64,000 nucleotides of DNA, taken from assembly GCF_009914755.1 (NCBI RefSeq), contig NC_060947.1, one strand, 5' to 3'. The position numbers were made by a program, and so were the translations under genes. Below, piece after piece: positions 44,395 through 64,000 of this stretch (positions within the stretch are counted from its first letter, which is position 1; each line of letters starts with the position of its first letter). Source of the DNA: the human T2T-CHM13v2.0 reference genome, Homo sapiens. Under the pieces are notes generated by a model. That model did no database searches, was not told the origin of the DNA, and saw only the letters and a list, made by a program, of their open reading frames with translations.

Positions 44395-44879
44395 TATTTT
44401 GACATTTTTAAAGCCAAACCTCTTTCTATAATTATCAAACCGGCTGGGAGTGGTGGCTCATGCCTATGATCCCAGTGCTTTGGAAGGTCGAGGTGGGAGG
44501 ATCACTTGAGGATCACTTGAGGCTCCCTTGATGCATATAACACAAAATATGTGTTAATCAACTATGTTATTGGTAAGGCTTCCAGGAGTAGTTAAGTTTT
44601 GGGGGAGTCAAAAGTTATGCATGGATTTTCAACTGTGCGGGGATTAGTACCCCAATCCCCATGTTGTTCAAGGGTCAACTGTAATCTTGGTACCTAATGA
44701 TACTAACATAATTACTCATTTGCTTTGTGCTTCAGAATGTGTGTGTATGTGTGTGTGAAAGTTTTAAAATAATAGTAATACCTACATTATCAATAACAAC
44801 ACCACTGAATGCTGTTTAAGATTTTGTGGTTCTTTTTGTCCTTAAGATATATCCCACTAGGTATGCCCGGTCAAAATAG

Positions 44880-46020
<1,141 letters not shown>

Positions 46021-46409
46021 AAACAAAACAAAAACCCCTACCCTATTTTAAAAGTTACCAAAAATAATTCTCCTTGTGGTTATGCTTTCACTTTGCAATA
46101 GAGTGAGGTTCATTTGTTTCAACTAGATTTTGCCTTAATTTGGTGTTTTAATTGTATAAAACATGTACATAGGTTCTAAAGTACAAACTGTAAAACAGAT
46201 ACTATTCAGAGAGGTCTAGCTTTTGCACTCTTCCCCCACTCCCAATCTTTTCTTCCCCATTGGTAACTATTTTTATCAGTTTTCAGTTTATCCTTCAGTT
46301 TTTTAAAAATAAGAAAATATGTACAAATATTCAAAATTTCCACATAACAATATATTCTACAGGTAATTCCATAGTAGTACCTAGAGCTTTTTTGTGGAGG
46401 TTTTTAAAT

Positions 46410-46710
46410 TTTTTATTTTATTTATTTTGAGACAGGGTCTCACTGTCACCCAGGCTAGAGTGCAGTGGCACAATCATGGCTTACTGCAGCCTCCACCTCC
46501 TGGGGCTTAAGCCACCCTCTTGCCTCAGCTTCCTGAGTAGCTGGGACTACAGGTATGTGCCACCACACCCGGCTAATTTTTGTAGTTTTTGGTAAAGACA
46601 GGTTTTCGCCATGTTGCCCAGGCTACTCTCGAATTCCTGAGCTCAAGGGATCTGCCCACCTCAGCTGGCCAAAGTGCTGGGATTACAAGCATGAAGAACT
46701 GCGCCCGGCT
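46410..46710 (-). mobile_element. AluJ-like
   Basis: Dimeric Alu reverse complement. Confidence 0.85.
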
Positions 46711-46916
46711 TTTGTTTCTTAGAGAGACATTTGTATATACTAGCAGAGGTGGACACTGGAAGACAATAAAATTCTCTTCTGAGTGATTCTATTTTCTCAG
46801 TGAAATAAAAAGTGATCACCAGGTGGGAGTGAGGAAGGAGAGGGGTTCCTGGCAGTCTGAGAAGAGTACAGGTGTGAAAAAGTATTTTCAAGGAATAGAA
46901 GAATGAACTGATTAAG

Positions 46917-47541
<625 letters not shown>

Positions 47542-48139
47542 GACTAAGGAAATATACTAGGACTGTTGGCAGCCCAGGGGCCCACTTGAGGTTTGTAGTC
47601 ATGAATTTGAAGTGAGACCAATCAGCATCATTGAGTGTTTGTATCCAGCAGTCCTCATTTTACATGGCAAGGTTCAGGCCTGGAGTAGGTGGTGAGCTGA
47701 ATTTAACCAGGGTTGGGATTTAAAGAGAACAGTGATATCAGTAATAGATGGCACCAAACAAGCGTATACATTTGTTCTTTTCTACTTCTATCTTAATATA
47801 AATACCTTATAATCCCAACAAGAGAAAGAGGAAGCGTGAAGGGAAGAGGACATATCGAAAATGAGCTAAGAACGCAGAGACAAACCAGAATGTTCAGAAT
47901 GAACAGGAAAAAGCTTACATAAAGAAAGAACTAGAAAAAGATTATACTCAAATCTGGTGGTAGCTGTGCTGACTCACATTGAGGAGAAAATGTGGTCACA
48001 ATATGAGGAAACTGAAGATTAAAACAATTAGTGTTTTGAAAAGGGTTGTCTTAGGTGTAGGAAAATAATATAGAAAAAAATATATTCATGCTAGATTATA
48101 TGAAATAGAATGCACGTAGTTAAATGCCTATTTAGTCAT

Positions 48140-49067
<928 letters not shown>

Positions 49068-49659
49068 TTAAAAATATCCTGTCCCATAAATCATATTTAT
49101 AACAAACAAAAAGCTCTGGAGAATATAATGTTCAGAAGAGTGTACCCAGAAATAATTAGAATGTTAGATACAGCCCAATGAGTCAAATATTTAGTGCAAA
49201 CAAGCTGCAGGATAACAATTATGGGGAGAATAAAAACTAACTTCTTCATTTCAAATGACAACAAAAAAAGGGAAATAACACTAAACTGCAGGGCCAGCAG
49301 TTACATAGATGGACAGATAGTGGTTAAATTTTGGACTAGGATCAAAACCAAGACTGCAGAATCCCATCATTATTTCGCTTAAAATACAGGTGATGTTTTA
49401 ATTTGCTCGGGAGAGTTTATCATAGTGATCAAAAGGGGAGAACACCATCAGAAATCTCATCTAGTCCTAATAATACAAGTTTGTTTTAGCAAAGGTCTTA
49501 AAGGAATACATGAAAATATGCTAAAATAATGTACAGATGAAAACTTAAGAAACAGAAATTCAGTGCTTGTGCTTTGAAAGTCCATATAGCATATTATGTA
49601 TCATTTCTTACAAAACACAGAAAATACATATTTCTGCTTAGAATTTATAAAACTTTTAA

Positions 49660-49910
49660 ATTTTGAGCGGGGGGAGGAAAACATTCCACAATTGTCAAGT
49701 TGGAAGGTATTCATAAAGAAGATATAAATAATTTCCTAAAGTTCAGTGTTGGTTGAGCTTAAAGTTGTTCCATGGTAGTAGGGCTTTTTAATATTTTCAA
49801 AAGGAATCTGAGAGTTGTCATACCGAAAAAAGAAAAAAAAAAAGAGGGGGAAAAAAAAAACCCTACCACCACATATGAACATAAAAAAGAAGAGAACCCC
49901 AACCAATTGC
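49660..49910 (+). promoter_or_regulatory. GPR34: Candidate TATA-less, non-CpG-island GPR34 promoter
   Basis: Upstream of the putative exon 1: GAGGAA ETS/PU.1 core (49674-49679), ACCACA RUNX site (49868-49873), CCAAT (49903-49907), purine tracts; motif matches only. Confidence 0.35.
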
Positions 49911-50012
49911 ACCACGACCGGATGGAAGAGCCCAGCTGACACAACCAAGACGAGTCTCAGTGTCTAGGGAAGCTTGGGGTTCTGCTCCTTTTACTTCAGG
50001 CGAACCTGAACT
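49900..50012 (+). other. GPR34: Probable GPR34 5'UTR exon 1 (start approximate)
   Basis: Non-repetitive segment ending in a strong donor CT|GTGAGT at 50013; position fits the known GPR34 structure with non-coding 5' exons; TSS cannot be read from sequence. Confidence 0.6.
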
Positions 50013-50670
50013 GTGAGTATTTCTTGATTTCGGCTACATAAATGAACCTTTATTTCAGCTAAAATTTGATTATCTGAACATTCAAAGTGAAACGTGATTC
50101 ATGGTGATAAGGCTACTCTAATGTCAGCAGTTATTCGCTTTTAGAACTACTGAGTAAATTGCTTGAATGACACCTCTGCCTTGATTTCAAATGAGACTGT
50201 CTTTTTAGTTACTTTAAGTACTTTAAGACATTCAAGGTATTTAAGCTCCTACTGTCAATATAGTCACATTGTTGATACTGCATTTGGATACTGCCATCAA
50301 GATTTTGCAGATCTACTTGCATGAATTAAAAGTTATTTTCATATGCAATACATTTTATTTCTAATGTATTATAAATTATAACTTATTGACTTTAAGTTAT
50401 GCTGTCTCCCTATTTTAAATTACTGTCTTTTCTTTATTATATTATTACTATTTTATAGTATTACCAGACCATATAACATTTAAGTTTGGTGTTTCAGAAG
50501 TAAATAAGGTGAATATTAGATAAGAGAGAAAGCAAAATATGCTTTAGTTCAAATAATAATTTTTTAAAATGTGTTTCTAGGGACACAGTTAAATTTGTAA
50601 CAAAACCTAACACACTACTAATAGTATTATTTCCAAAGTAATATGTTTTCAATTTTCATTTTTTATACAG

Positions 50671-50763
50671 CAGTTAATGCAATTTTGAAGCATGCCCTGA
50701 ATAGATTCAGTCATTATCAAGTCAAACTAAAAACGGTGAAAGGTTGCGACTATTACCAAATAG
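50671..50763 (+). other. GPR34: Probable GPR34 5'UTR exon 2
   Basis: Long T-rich tract + TACAG acceptor at 50670 (NAGNAG: cagcag) and AG|GTATGT donor at 50764. Confidence 0.6.
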
Positions 50764-51264
50764 GTATGTATTTCAACATAGCAATGTGATATTTTCACAA
50801 ACATACCCAAACTGCATTTTAAAAGCTTCTGCTCATCTGGAGTCACAGTGGAATCTGTTGGGTCCTGCCCTCTGGGTCCAGTACTCCTACATGAGCCAGT
50901 TGAAAAAAAACTGCAGGAGTAGGTGGTGGTGCGGGGGTACAATGCACTAATACTAGGTTTTTGAACTTGTGAATAGGATTTGCCAAGTAACAACATTTAA
51001 AAAACACTATCTACTATTACAAAACTATTGTGACCACTTCAATATAGCACATGGGTCACAAGTAATGCCCACTGGGAAATTAATCCCCTATGTAAACACA
51101 GTGGTTTGTTTCTTGTCTTCACAAGCAATTCTTAACATATCAAACAGGTAGTTTAAAAAATATCAGTAAATAGCCTTATATAGTGAATGACATTGTAATG
51201 TACTAACCAACTTCAAAGGAGAAAAAAAAACAGTCACCAAGTTTAAAACAGAATGTAATTGTGA

Positions 51265-51929
<665 letters not shown>

Positions 51930-52419
51930 TAGCTGTCTAATACATAGTTCTAAATGATGGCCACTATTATAACATAAACAAATGCACTGGCTTTGCTTTA
52001 TGCTCTTTAAACTGAAGACTAAAGCAAAACCAGAAATGCTTACTGACAGATTTGTCCAACTATTACTTATTTTATTTGCAGATTAGAGCTGAGGCAAATG
52101 GTTTCAGGATATGTGCTTTGTGCTAACAGCTTTCTGGAGACATCTTGATTATGGCTATCGGGTCTAGAAGTTTAAAAAGATATGCTCTGTGGGTAGTGGC
52201 AATCATTCTGATGAATGATTTGTGATTCTGTAAACTCTGGATTTACTTCCTTATAATAATGGACATAGCAAATAAGATTAATACCCTTTCCAAAGAAGTA
52301 AAGCTAGATGGCATAACCTGTTCTTAAAATTGTTAAAGTGTATGTTAAAGGAATCATGTCAAAATACTGCTGATAGAACTCAATATTAATAAAGAAAATG
52401 CTGACCCTATGTGATAAGG

Positions 52420-53318
<899 letters not shown>

Positions 53319-54254
53319 ATAATCCCTTCTACAAAGAACCCAATTGGTGGTAGTCTCAAAAATCTCCAGTGGTAAGATCCTTATATTGCCTCCCAAGAGA
53401 GATCATTTCATTAGAAAAAAATGATTTCCTTAAAAGGAGGCAACATCTGTCTCTGCAATTTCTATCATTGGTTCTTGTTTTGCTTTGTGAAGACACATAT
53501 AACAAAGTGAAACCCTTTTCTCTATGGCTTTGTAAAGCATTCTCATCTCCAGGGTAACGTGCCTATTTCCTTCAACTTGCTTCTTTGACATGATTTGAGT
53601 TCTTCTCTCCATTTGGTCCATGGCCTTTTCTAAGTGTGCTGCTGTGGATCAAACACTGCATTCCAGGTGAGACCCTACCAGCCTGGGACAGAAGCAGCAT
53701 AGTAGTAACAATTTTCATTTCAGACATCACGTATCTAGGAATTCAACTAAAGATGGGTTTTTCGTTGCCACCACACTACGCTAGTGATAGAGCAATTGCA
53801 ATTGTGTTTGTTAATGCAGCTAAAGCTCTTCCTGTACTTGTACAGCTGCTTTTAATATCCACATGTAGAACTTCATATACATTTCTACTAAATTCCCTCT
53901 TTGATTTAATAATATTTATTATGCTAAGCATTAGGTACAGAGAGCCGAACAAAATTGACTTGGTTCTTAATCCTAATGGAACTTAAATTCTAACATGAGA
54001 GAAGAAAAAAAATCCAAAATAACTACTCACAGGTGAGTTTTTCACGTCATTTCAGCTACTTGAGCTCTCAAAATCACATTACTTCTTGTGCCTCAATTCC
54101 CTGAACCTATGAGAGCTCCCTACATAATCACACAATATAGGTGGTTCCTCTACAGACACCCTTTTCCTTTTCCTGGTAATGCAGGTTGCATTATCAGTTT
54201 CATTTTTGGTAGCCTGACATTCTTTCTAGATTGCCCTTTCCTTTTAGAATCTTA

Positions 54255-54585
<331 letters not shown>

Positions 54586-56239
54586 TTAGATCACAAGAAA
54601 CATGCCTATACCTTTCTATAAACTTTCTGAAATTTGTCTTCCTGCAGTTGAGACACATGACAGACTAGACTCAGTCCTTCCCCGCTCCCTTCCTTTCTCC
54701 CTCCACTTTCCTGAATTCTGGAAACAGGCTCTTACCAGGGATTACATAACTTCCTCTTCACCAGCCAGTTCCTCTTCTGTGGAATCAATGCTCCCCAACT
54801 TTACAACATTTTAAATCTTAATGTTACCCTCTACCAAAATGCTTTGTTTTTAATCAAATTATGTGTAGAGCTTTAAGAAAGGCTATTTTTCTCTGTGTAT
54901 AAGATCAAATCAGGGACTTAATTTATGTAATTCAAATCCACTTTGCATGGTAGCAGTCAGGGTTTGAATGTCCACTCCTCCAAAATGTTTACTAATAGGG
55001 TCTCTGTCTTATTCACCTTCCTTTCCCACACAGTACTTAGCCAAGTGTGAGATATTTACTAAAATGAGATTAATCAAAAGGTGTTTATTAAAGCTAACTT
55101 TTATTAAGCAGTCACTATGTGCCAGGATTAAGTTCTTCTTATGCATTTTTCATTTTCACAAATGAGAAAACTAAGGCATAGAAAAGATTAAGTTATTTGC
55201 CCTTGGTCACAAGTTAGTTGGGTCTGATTTTGAGAACCTTGCTCTGGGCATCTTTATGTTAACCCTGCTAAGTGGCTGCTGTAGAGAAATAGGGCAGTCA
55301 CTCTATGAGAGGAATGTGATGAGACCTCCAGAAATGCTTTCTTTACTTGTTATGACCAGCTCTCAGACTAAGCTCTTTACAGCAGTCAATGGGCCAATAA
55401 TAAGTAGCTTTGCAAATATTCTCTGCTGCCACAAACAAGTAGAATTCAAACACTATCTCTTCGAAGGTTCTAGCAAGTCTCAAATTATTGAACCCAGGGC
55501 ACATTTAAGCTTTGGTCAGGTTACTTTCAAAATCTTGGATTGCACATGCTGTTTCCCATCTACGTTATTACTCTATGCTTCTAGGTTAGGAGTGGCTAAC
55601 TGGCAGCTGCCAGCTAACTTGGTTTTGTTTGGTTACTTTTTTCTCCTGTCCAGTGATACAAGAGTCTGTGTAACCTTGCAGGTGCTGTATTCTCTTAGTC
55701 TATTATGTTAATTGCATGCCCTAAGACCCCTACCTTGGTCTTAGGCTGAAAAGAAATTTAGGATCCTCTTCTTTATTCCCACTTATAGAATGAGACCACC
55801 ACAAGTCACACGCCATGTAGCAATACATGTCAAAATGAATGAATGCCACATATGAGGGAAAAAGTCAAGGCAGGAAGTGGTTCTGAAGCTGGGCAGGGCC
55901 AGCAGTGGGCCCAGCTCTCTTATGGCTGTACATACCTTTAGAGAAACTGATGCTCATCTTTGAGAAATATGAGCTGTCATTTCTCTTCACCACCATCTGT
56001 ATTCCCATAAGAACTTCCCTAAGAGAAGATGATCTCATAAATTGAGTTATTTTAATATAATACATGAAACAGAACTTCAATGTAGGCCATGGCCACAGGA
56101 AAGGTTAGAGCATGAAACTCCATGAGATACCACACTATGTGCTGCTTGTTTAATGATACAATAATGTTACTACATACAGTAGGATAAAAGTAAAGTTTCT
56201 CGCAATGTCTGAAAATAAATCATTTATTATTTACACTGT

Positions 56240-56410
56240 CTTTTTTTTTTTTTTTTTTTTAAAGAGATGGGGTCTTGTTCTGTTGCCCAGGCTGGAGTGC
56301 AGTGGCTCAATTATAGCTCACTACAGCCTTGAACTCCTGGGTTCAAGCAATCCTTCTGCTGTAGCCTCCCGAGTAGCTAGGACCATAGGCGTGTGCTGGG
56401 AAGCCCAGCC
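56240..56410 (-). mobile_element. Alu monomer (FRAM/FAM-like) just upstream of the GPR34 coding exon
   Basis: Single arm with poly(T); TSD tattatttacact. Confidence 0.8.
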
Positions 56411-56563
56411 TATTATTTACACTTTTAGTTAAAGTAACTGTTATTAAAATAGCAAATGACTCAATGTTTGGCATTCCGTTGTAGGAAAAACCTGAAGACA
56501 TAAGAACTACACATGAGGAATATGTCATTTAGCACTTTCACTTTTTGATCTCCACAGAAGACA

Positions 56564-57709
56564 ATGAGAAGTCATACCATAACAATGACGACAACTTCAG
56601 TCAGCAGCTGGCCTTACTCCTCCCACAGAATGCGCTTTATAACCAATCATAGCGACCAACCGCCACAAAACTTCTCAGCAACACCAAATGTTACTACCTG
56701 TCCCATGGATGAAAAATTGCTATCTACTGTGTTAACCACATCCTACTCTGTTATTTTCATCGTGGGACTGGTTGGGAACATAATCGCCCTCTATGTATTT
56801 CTGGGTATTCACCGTAAAAGAAATTCCATTCAAATTTATCTACTTAACGTAGCCATTGCAGACCTCCTACTCATCTTCTGCCTCCCTTTCCGAATAATGT
56901 ATCATATTAACCAAAACAAGTGGACACTAGGTGTGATTCTGTGCAAGGTTGTGGGAACACTGTTTTATATGAACATGTACATTAGCATTATTTTGCTTGG
57001 ATTCATCAGTTTGGATCGCTATATAAAAATTAATCGGTCTATACAGCAACGGAAGGCAATAACAACCAAACAAAGTATTTATGTCTGTTGTATAGTATGG
57101 ATGCTTGCTCTTGGTGGATTCCTAACTATGATTATTTTAACACTTAAGAAAGGAGGGCATAATTCCACAATGTGTTTCCATTACAGAGATAAGCATAACG
57201 CAAAAGGAGAAGCCATTTTTAACTTCATTCTTGTGGTAATGTTCTGGCTAATTTTCTTACTAATAATCCTTTCATATATTAAGATTGGGAAGAATCTATT
57301 GAGGATTTCTAAAAGGAGGTCAAAATTTCCTAATTCTGGTAAATATGCCACTACAGCTCGTAACTCCTTTATTGTACTTATCATTTTTACTATATGTTTT
57401 GTTCCCTATCATGCCTTTCGATTCATCTACATTTCTTCACAGCTAAATGTATCATCTTGCTACTGGAAAGAAATTGTTCACAAAACCAATGAGATCATGC
57501 TGGTTCTCTCATCTTTCAATAGTTGCTTAGATCCAGTCATGTATTTCCTGATGTCCAGTAACATTCGCAAAATAATGTGCCAACTTCTTTTTAGACGATT
57601 TCAAGGTGAACCAAGTAGGAGTGAAAGCACTTCAGAATTTAAACCAGGATACTCCCTGCATGATACATCTGTGGCAGTGAAAATACAGTCTAGTTCTAAA
57701 AGTACTTGA
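56564..57709 (+). CDS. GPR34: GPR34, class A GPCR (lysophosphatidylserine receptor), 381 aa, intronless CDS nested antisense in a CASK intron
   Basis: Intact ORF with 7 hydrophobic segments, GN (TM1), IADLL (TM2), DRY (TM3), CFVP (TM6), DPVMY (TM7); N-terminus [12 protein letters not shown] recognised as GPR34. Confidence 0.97.
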
Positions 57710-58181
57710 GGTAAACATACTAAAATGAATTATATAATGCAGCCTCTTAATTCTTTGAAGAACTAAAAAATTAGGAAACAAAGTTCTAGCATTTACAAAA
57801 CTCAGATCTCAAAGCTCTGCTTGTATTTGTGATATTTCATTTGCTTAACTGTAAACCATTTCAAGGTACTATCTTTTAAATCTGTATGTAAAATCTTTTC
57901 AAAATACATTTTTAAGCTAATACTCTTAACATAGATTATGAAGTTAAGTGAAATTTATGGCTCTAACAGCAAAATAATTAAAGTGCCATAGTTTCTCAAG
58001 TGACTAAAGTAGTTATTAAAATCAAGCACTTGATACTAATTTGAAGTGTGTTTAAAAGTAAATGATTTGGGAACTGACAATGTGTCAGAAAATATATGTT
58101 CATTTATCATTTTAAAATCTTGTATAATTTGCCACTGTATTCATTTATGCCTAAATCTCTATAACAGATGAAAAGATAATT

Positions 58182-58187
58182 AATAAA
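58182..58187 (+). terminator. GPR34: Probable GPR34 polyadenylation signal AATAAA
   Basis: AATAAA ~470 bp after the stop codon at the end of an AU-rich unique 3'UTR. Confidence 0.6.
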
Positions 58188-58199
58188 ATCCTAATTAAA

Positions 58200-59230
<1,031 letters not shown>

Positions 59231-59863
59231 AATACTTTACAACAATAAAAACCTGCAAATTAGAATTAAAAGGAGCAAACTCTGCAATTTTCATGTACAT
59301 TAAAAAATAACAGGACAGCAAGCTCTAAAAGAAAGCGGTCTTAGTCTTGTTCGTCATTGCCTCCCTGGAGCTTAGTATGTTTCTTGGCTATAGGAGATCA
59401 ATACACATTTATTGAATAATTAAGAAGAATGGACGGATGAATAAGATAGGGAGAAAGGGAAGGAAGGGGTGCTTACAAGAAAAAAAGTTGGGAGTAATTA
59501 GCTTTTTTCCTAGTCCATTTGAATATAGCTGTATAGAACACCATACAGTTGCAATCTAGGGGGTGTCATTAGGCAAACATTCTTGAAAGTTTGGCCAGCA
59601 TTTGTCCAGTTCTTTGGTCATACACAGAACCTGAATGTTATTGACTGAATTTATGTAAAAGCATCTTAGGACAAACTCCAAGGACTCATCTGAAAGTTTC
59701 TATCATGGTGTATAAAATTTTTTTAGAGTCAGAATACTTCTTAAAACTTAAGGTAGGCCATTGGCTGAGAAATCAATGTGAATGACCATGAAGATTTTGA
59801 TCAGAACTGAGTTTATTTTAATGAGATTTGGCTTGTATACAGTGCTCAGTTAACTATATATAG

Positions 59864-60191
<328 letters not shown>

Positions 60192-61473
60192 TAACTGAAT
60201 AAAGAATAAGTCAAAGCAAAAGTATATTTTAAAAATAAGTAATATTTGAGGATAAATACTGAAATTTGCAGAAAAATTAGAGGGTCAGAAAAAGGTGACA
60301 AAATTATATTAATTACTTTGCCCTGACAATGTTAACACATACCATCTAAATGAAATTTAGCATTTCTGTTTGTATGGTTTTAAGTTATGAAAACTTCTAT
60401 TTTCCTTCATGTCCTCAAACTTAAAAATTTATTTTACATTACTGGTAAACATCTTACATATCTCATTGTATACAGTTTGGTGAAATTATATTATCAATTA
60501 TTATCACTTTTAAGGAACATTAAAATGAATATAAATACACTCATAGTTCTAGAAGCTGTCTCATTATACTAGATGATTACTATAAAGCTCTGCACAATGG
60601 CATTCTTAAGAAAATTTTAAAGTATACTCAATTAATTATTGCTATATTATTTGGAATAAAATACATTTTGATATAAATCAATCTGTCTATTTATAACAGA
60701 TTGCTTACTGAGAGAAATCTGATAACATGCCTTAGAGTAACTTGAATCCTGAGAAGGTTTCTAAATTTTTAGAAAAAATATGCTACTGTCTTACCAAAGT
60801 TAAGGCTACTTATGACATATAATCTTTCATTTCTTACTAAGCATTAGTATTTGCAAGCAGGAAACAGTTCCTACCTCTCCTAACCCAAGGTTTAGTTCTA
60901 GAAGCATACAGGAAAAGGAAATTCAGAAGTATATACGTATCTTTACCTTGCAAAGACCTTCAGAACAGCTTTCTAAATAACATCTCATACATGCAAAACC
61001 AAATATGGGCAAAATGAATTGTCTGGCTGTCAGAGTGAGACCTCAGTGTTGAATATTGCTGTTAGTTTTAGAAAAGTATGCTGTATAGAGCCAGGTTTGA
61101 TGGTGGTTGAATTTCTAAGATTAGGTCAGTAGAAAAAGACAATCCTCTTCCAGTACAGTTTTATTTTCAACTTTAAAAAATGGATTCTTTATTCCTGCTG
61201 ACATAAAAGTAGAGGTAATATAACTATTTGAACGAAAGACTTACTGAAAGTTATCCCACAAAAGAAAAGCAATATGAAGAGAGTTCTCCCAACAAGCAAC
61301 CTGGATGCTGCAGCAACATGTTAATGGGCTAATTATTTTTTAGGTTTTCAAAATATAATACTTTATCAGATATTAAAATATATTCTTATCCTTCAGTAAG
61401 GATAACACTGGGGAGCAGACACAAGGATAAACTTATCTGTGGAACTGAATACACATGTCTAAGCAGATCCTAG

Positions 61474-62070
<597 letters not shown>

Positions 62071-62943
62071 TAAAATAAAAGGCCAATTTACAGCCTTACC
62101 TTTTATCATACCCCAAAATTTATAAGGACACTCAAGAATTAAGTGTAAATAATGAGACCATAAAAGATTAAAAAATGACTAGTTCATCTGTAGATGGGAA
62201 AGAACTTTCAAACAAAATAATAGAAATAACTATAGGGAAAAATTCATAGATTTGACTTAAAAATTTAGATTCTTTGTCCCAAACCATAAAAACTGAAGCA
62301 AAAGTACAAAGCAGGAAAAATATTCACAACAGATATGACATTTACTGGAGAGCCTTTTATTTCAGCCACCAACAAACAAACTTCACTTGTAAAGAGGCTT
62401 GTAGGGGTATTTTTAATCGGAAGAAAAGATTTGAAACTCGGAATATAATCTGAATTATGTCAACTCAGACGAGAGATAAACTATGCGGCATTCCCATGTT
62501 GGATGATGTAGTGTCCTCTGTCATAGCTACATGGCCCAGCTGAGTGGCTGCCATAGTGCCTCAGTCAGTCCATGTTTTCAGATGAAGACTTGGAGAGCTG
62601 GTTGGGGATGGTAACAGTGAGCACAGAACTGGAAAGGAGGTAGTAAGTTTGTTCGAAACTTCTATTTTTCCTTTTATTTCCCCACTTCAAGTTCACATGC
62701 AAGGGAATGGGAAGCAAAGTAACATTTGTTTATTTATGTGCCCTTCACTGTTCTAGGTGCTTCCCATGCATTATCATCAGTTAATCTTCATGGCATTGTG
62801 ATGTAAGCAGCAACTGTATTTTACATATGTAGGGATGCAAGTTGGTAGACTTCCATTCTACTGACATTGTCTCTGCTAATGCTTTTCACTTTTGTTTAGT
62901 TCTGTCCAAGCACAATGGTGATTGCTGAGATGTCTTTTATTTT

Positions 62944-64000
<1,057 letters not shown>

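Noticed and set aside
55256-55711. 151-aa ORF in the GPR34 intron (also 53636..53986)
   Set aside because: No recognisable domain or exon structure; consistent with chance ORFs.

Overview
Primate (human-like) genomic DNA matching the Xp11.4 CASK locus. Three CASK coding exons (CaMK-like domain; 103, 176 and 123 bp) lie on the minus strand. GPR34 (381 aa, single coding exon plus two probable 5'UTR exons) is nested on the plus strand in the large CASK intron. The rest is repeat-rich intron: an L1PA split by a MER11/HERV-K(HML-8)-type provirus, a MER21/ERVL provirus, a full-length YWHAZ (14-3-3 zeta) retrocopy with an intact ORF, a Tigger2 transposon, a 7SL pseudogene, about 40 Alus and old L1M/L2/L3/MIR/MER5 fragments. 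The most striking signal is in the HML-8 provirus. It carries APOBEC3G-type editing on both strands: at least 13 Trp TGG->TAG stops in pol/env, and roughly 25-30 one-directional C->T changes, mostly in CC context, confined to the 5' LTR. Its U5-PBS-gag-pro-RT region is also missing. Other notable items are a multi-junction inversion inside the Tigger2, a 93-bp duplication tied to two different Alus, and the R127H phospho-pocket change in the 14-3-3 retrocopy. Repeat family names, consensus comparisons and counts are by eye or from memory, and repeat boundaries are approximate.
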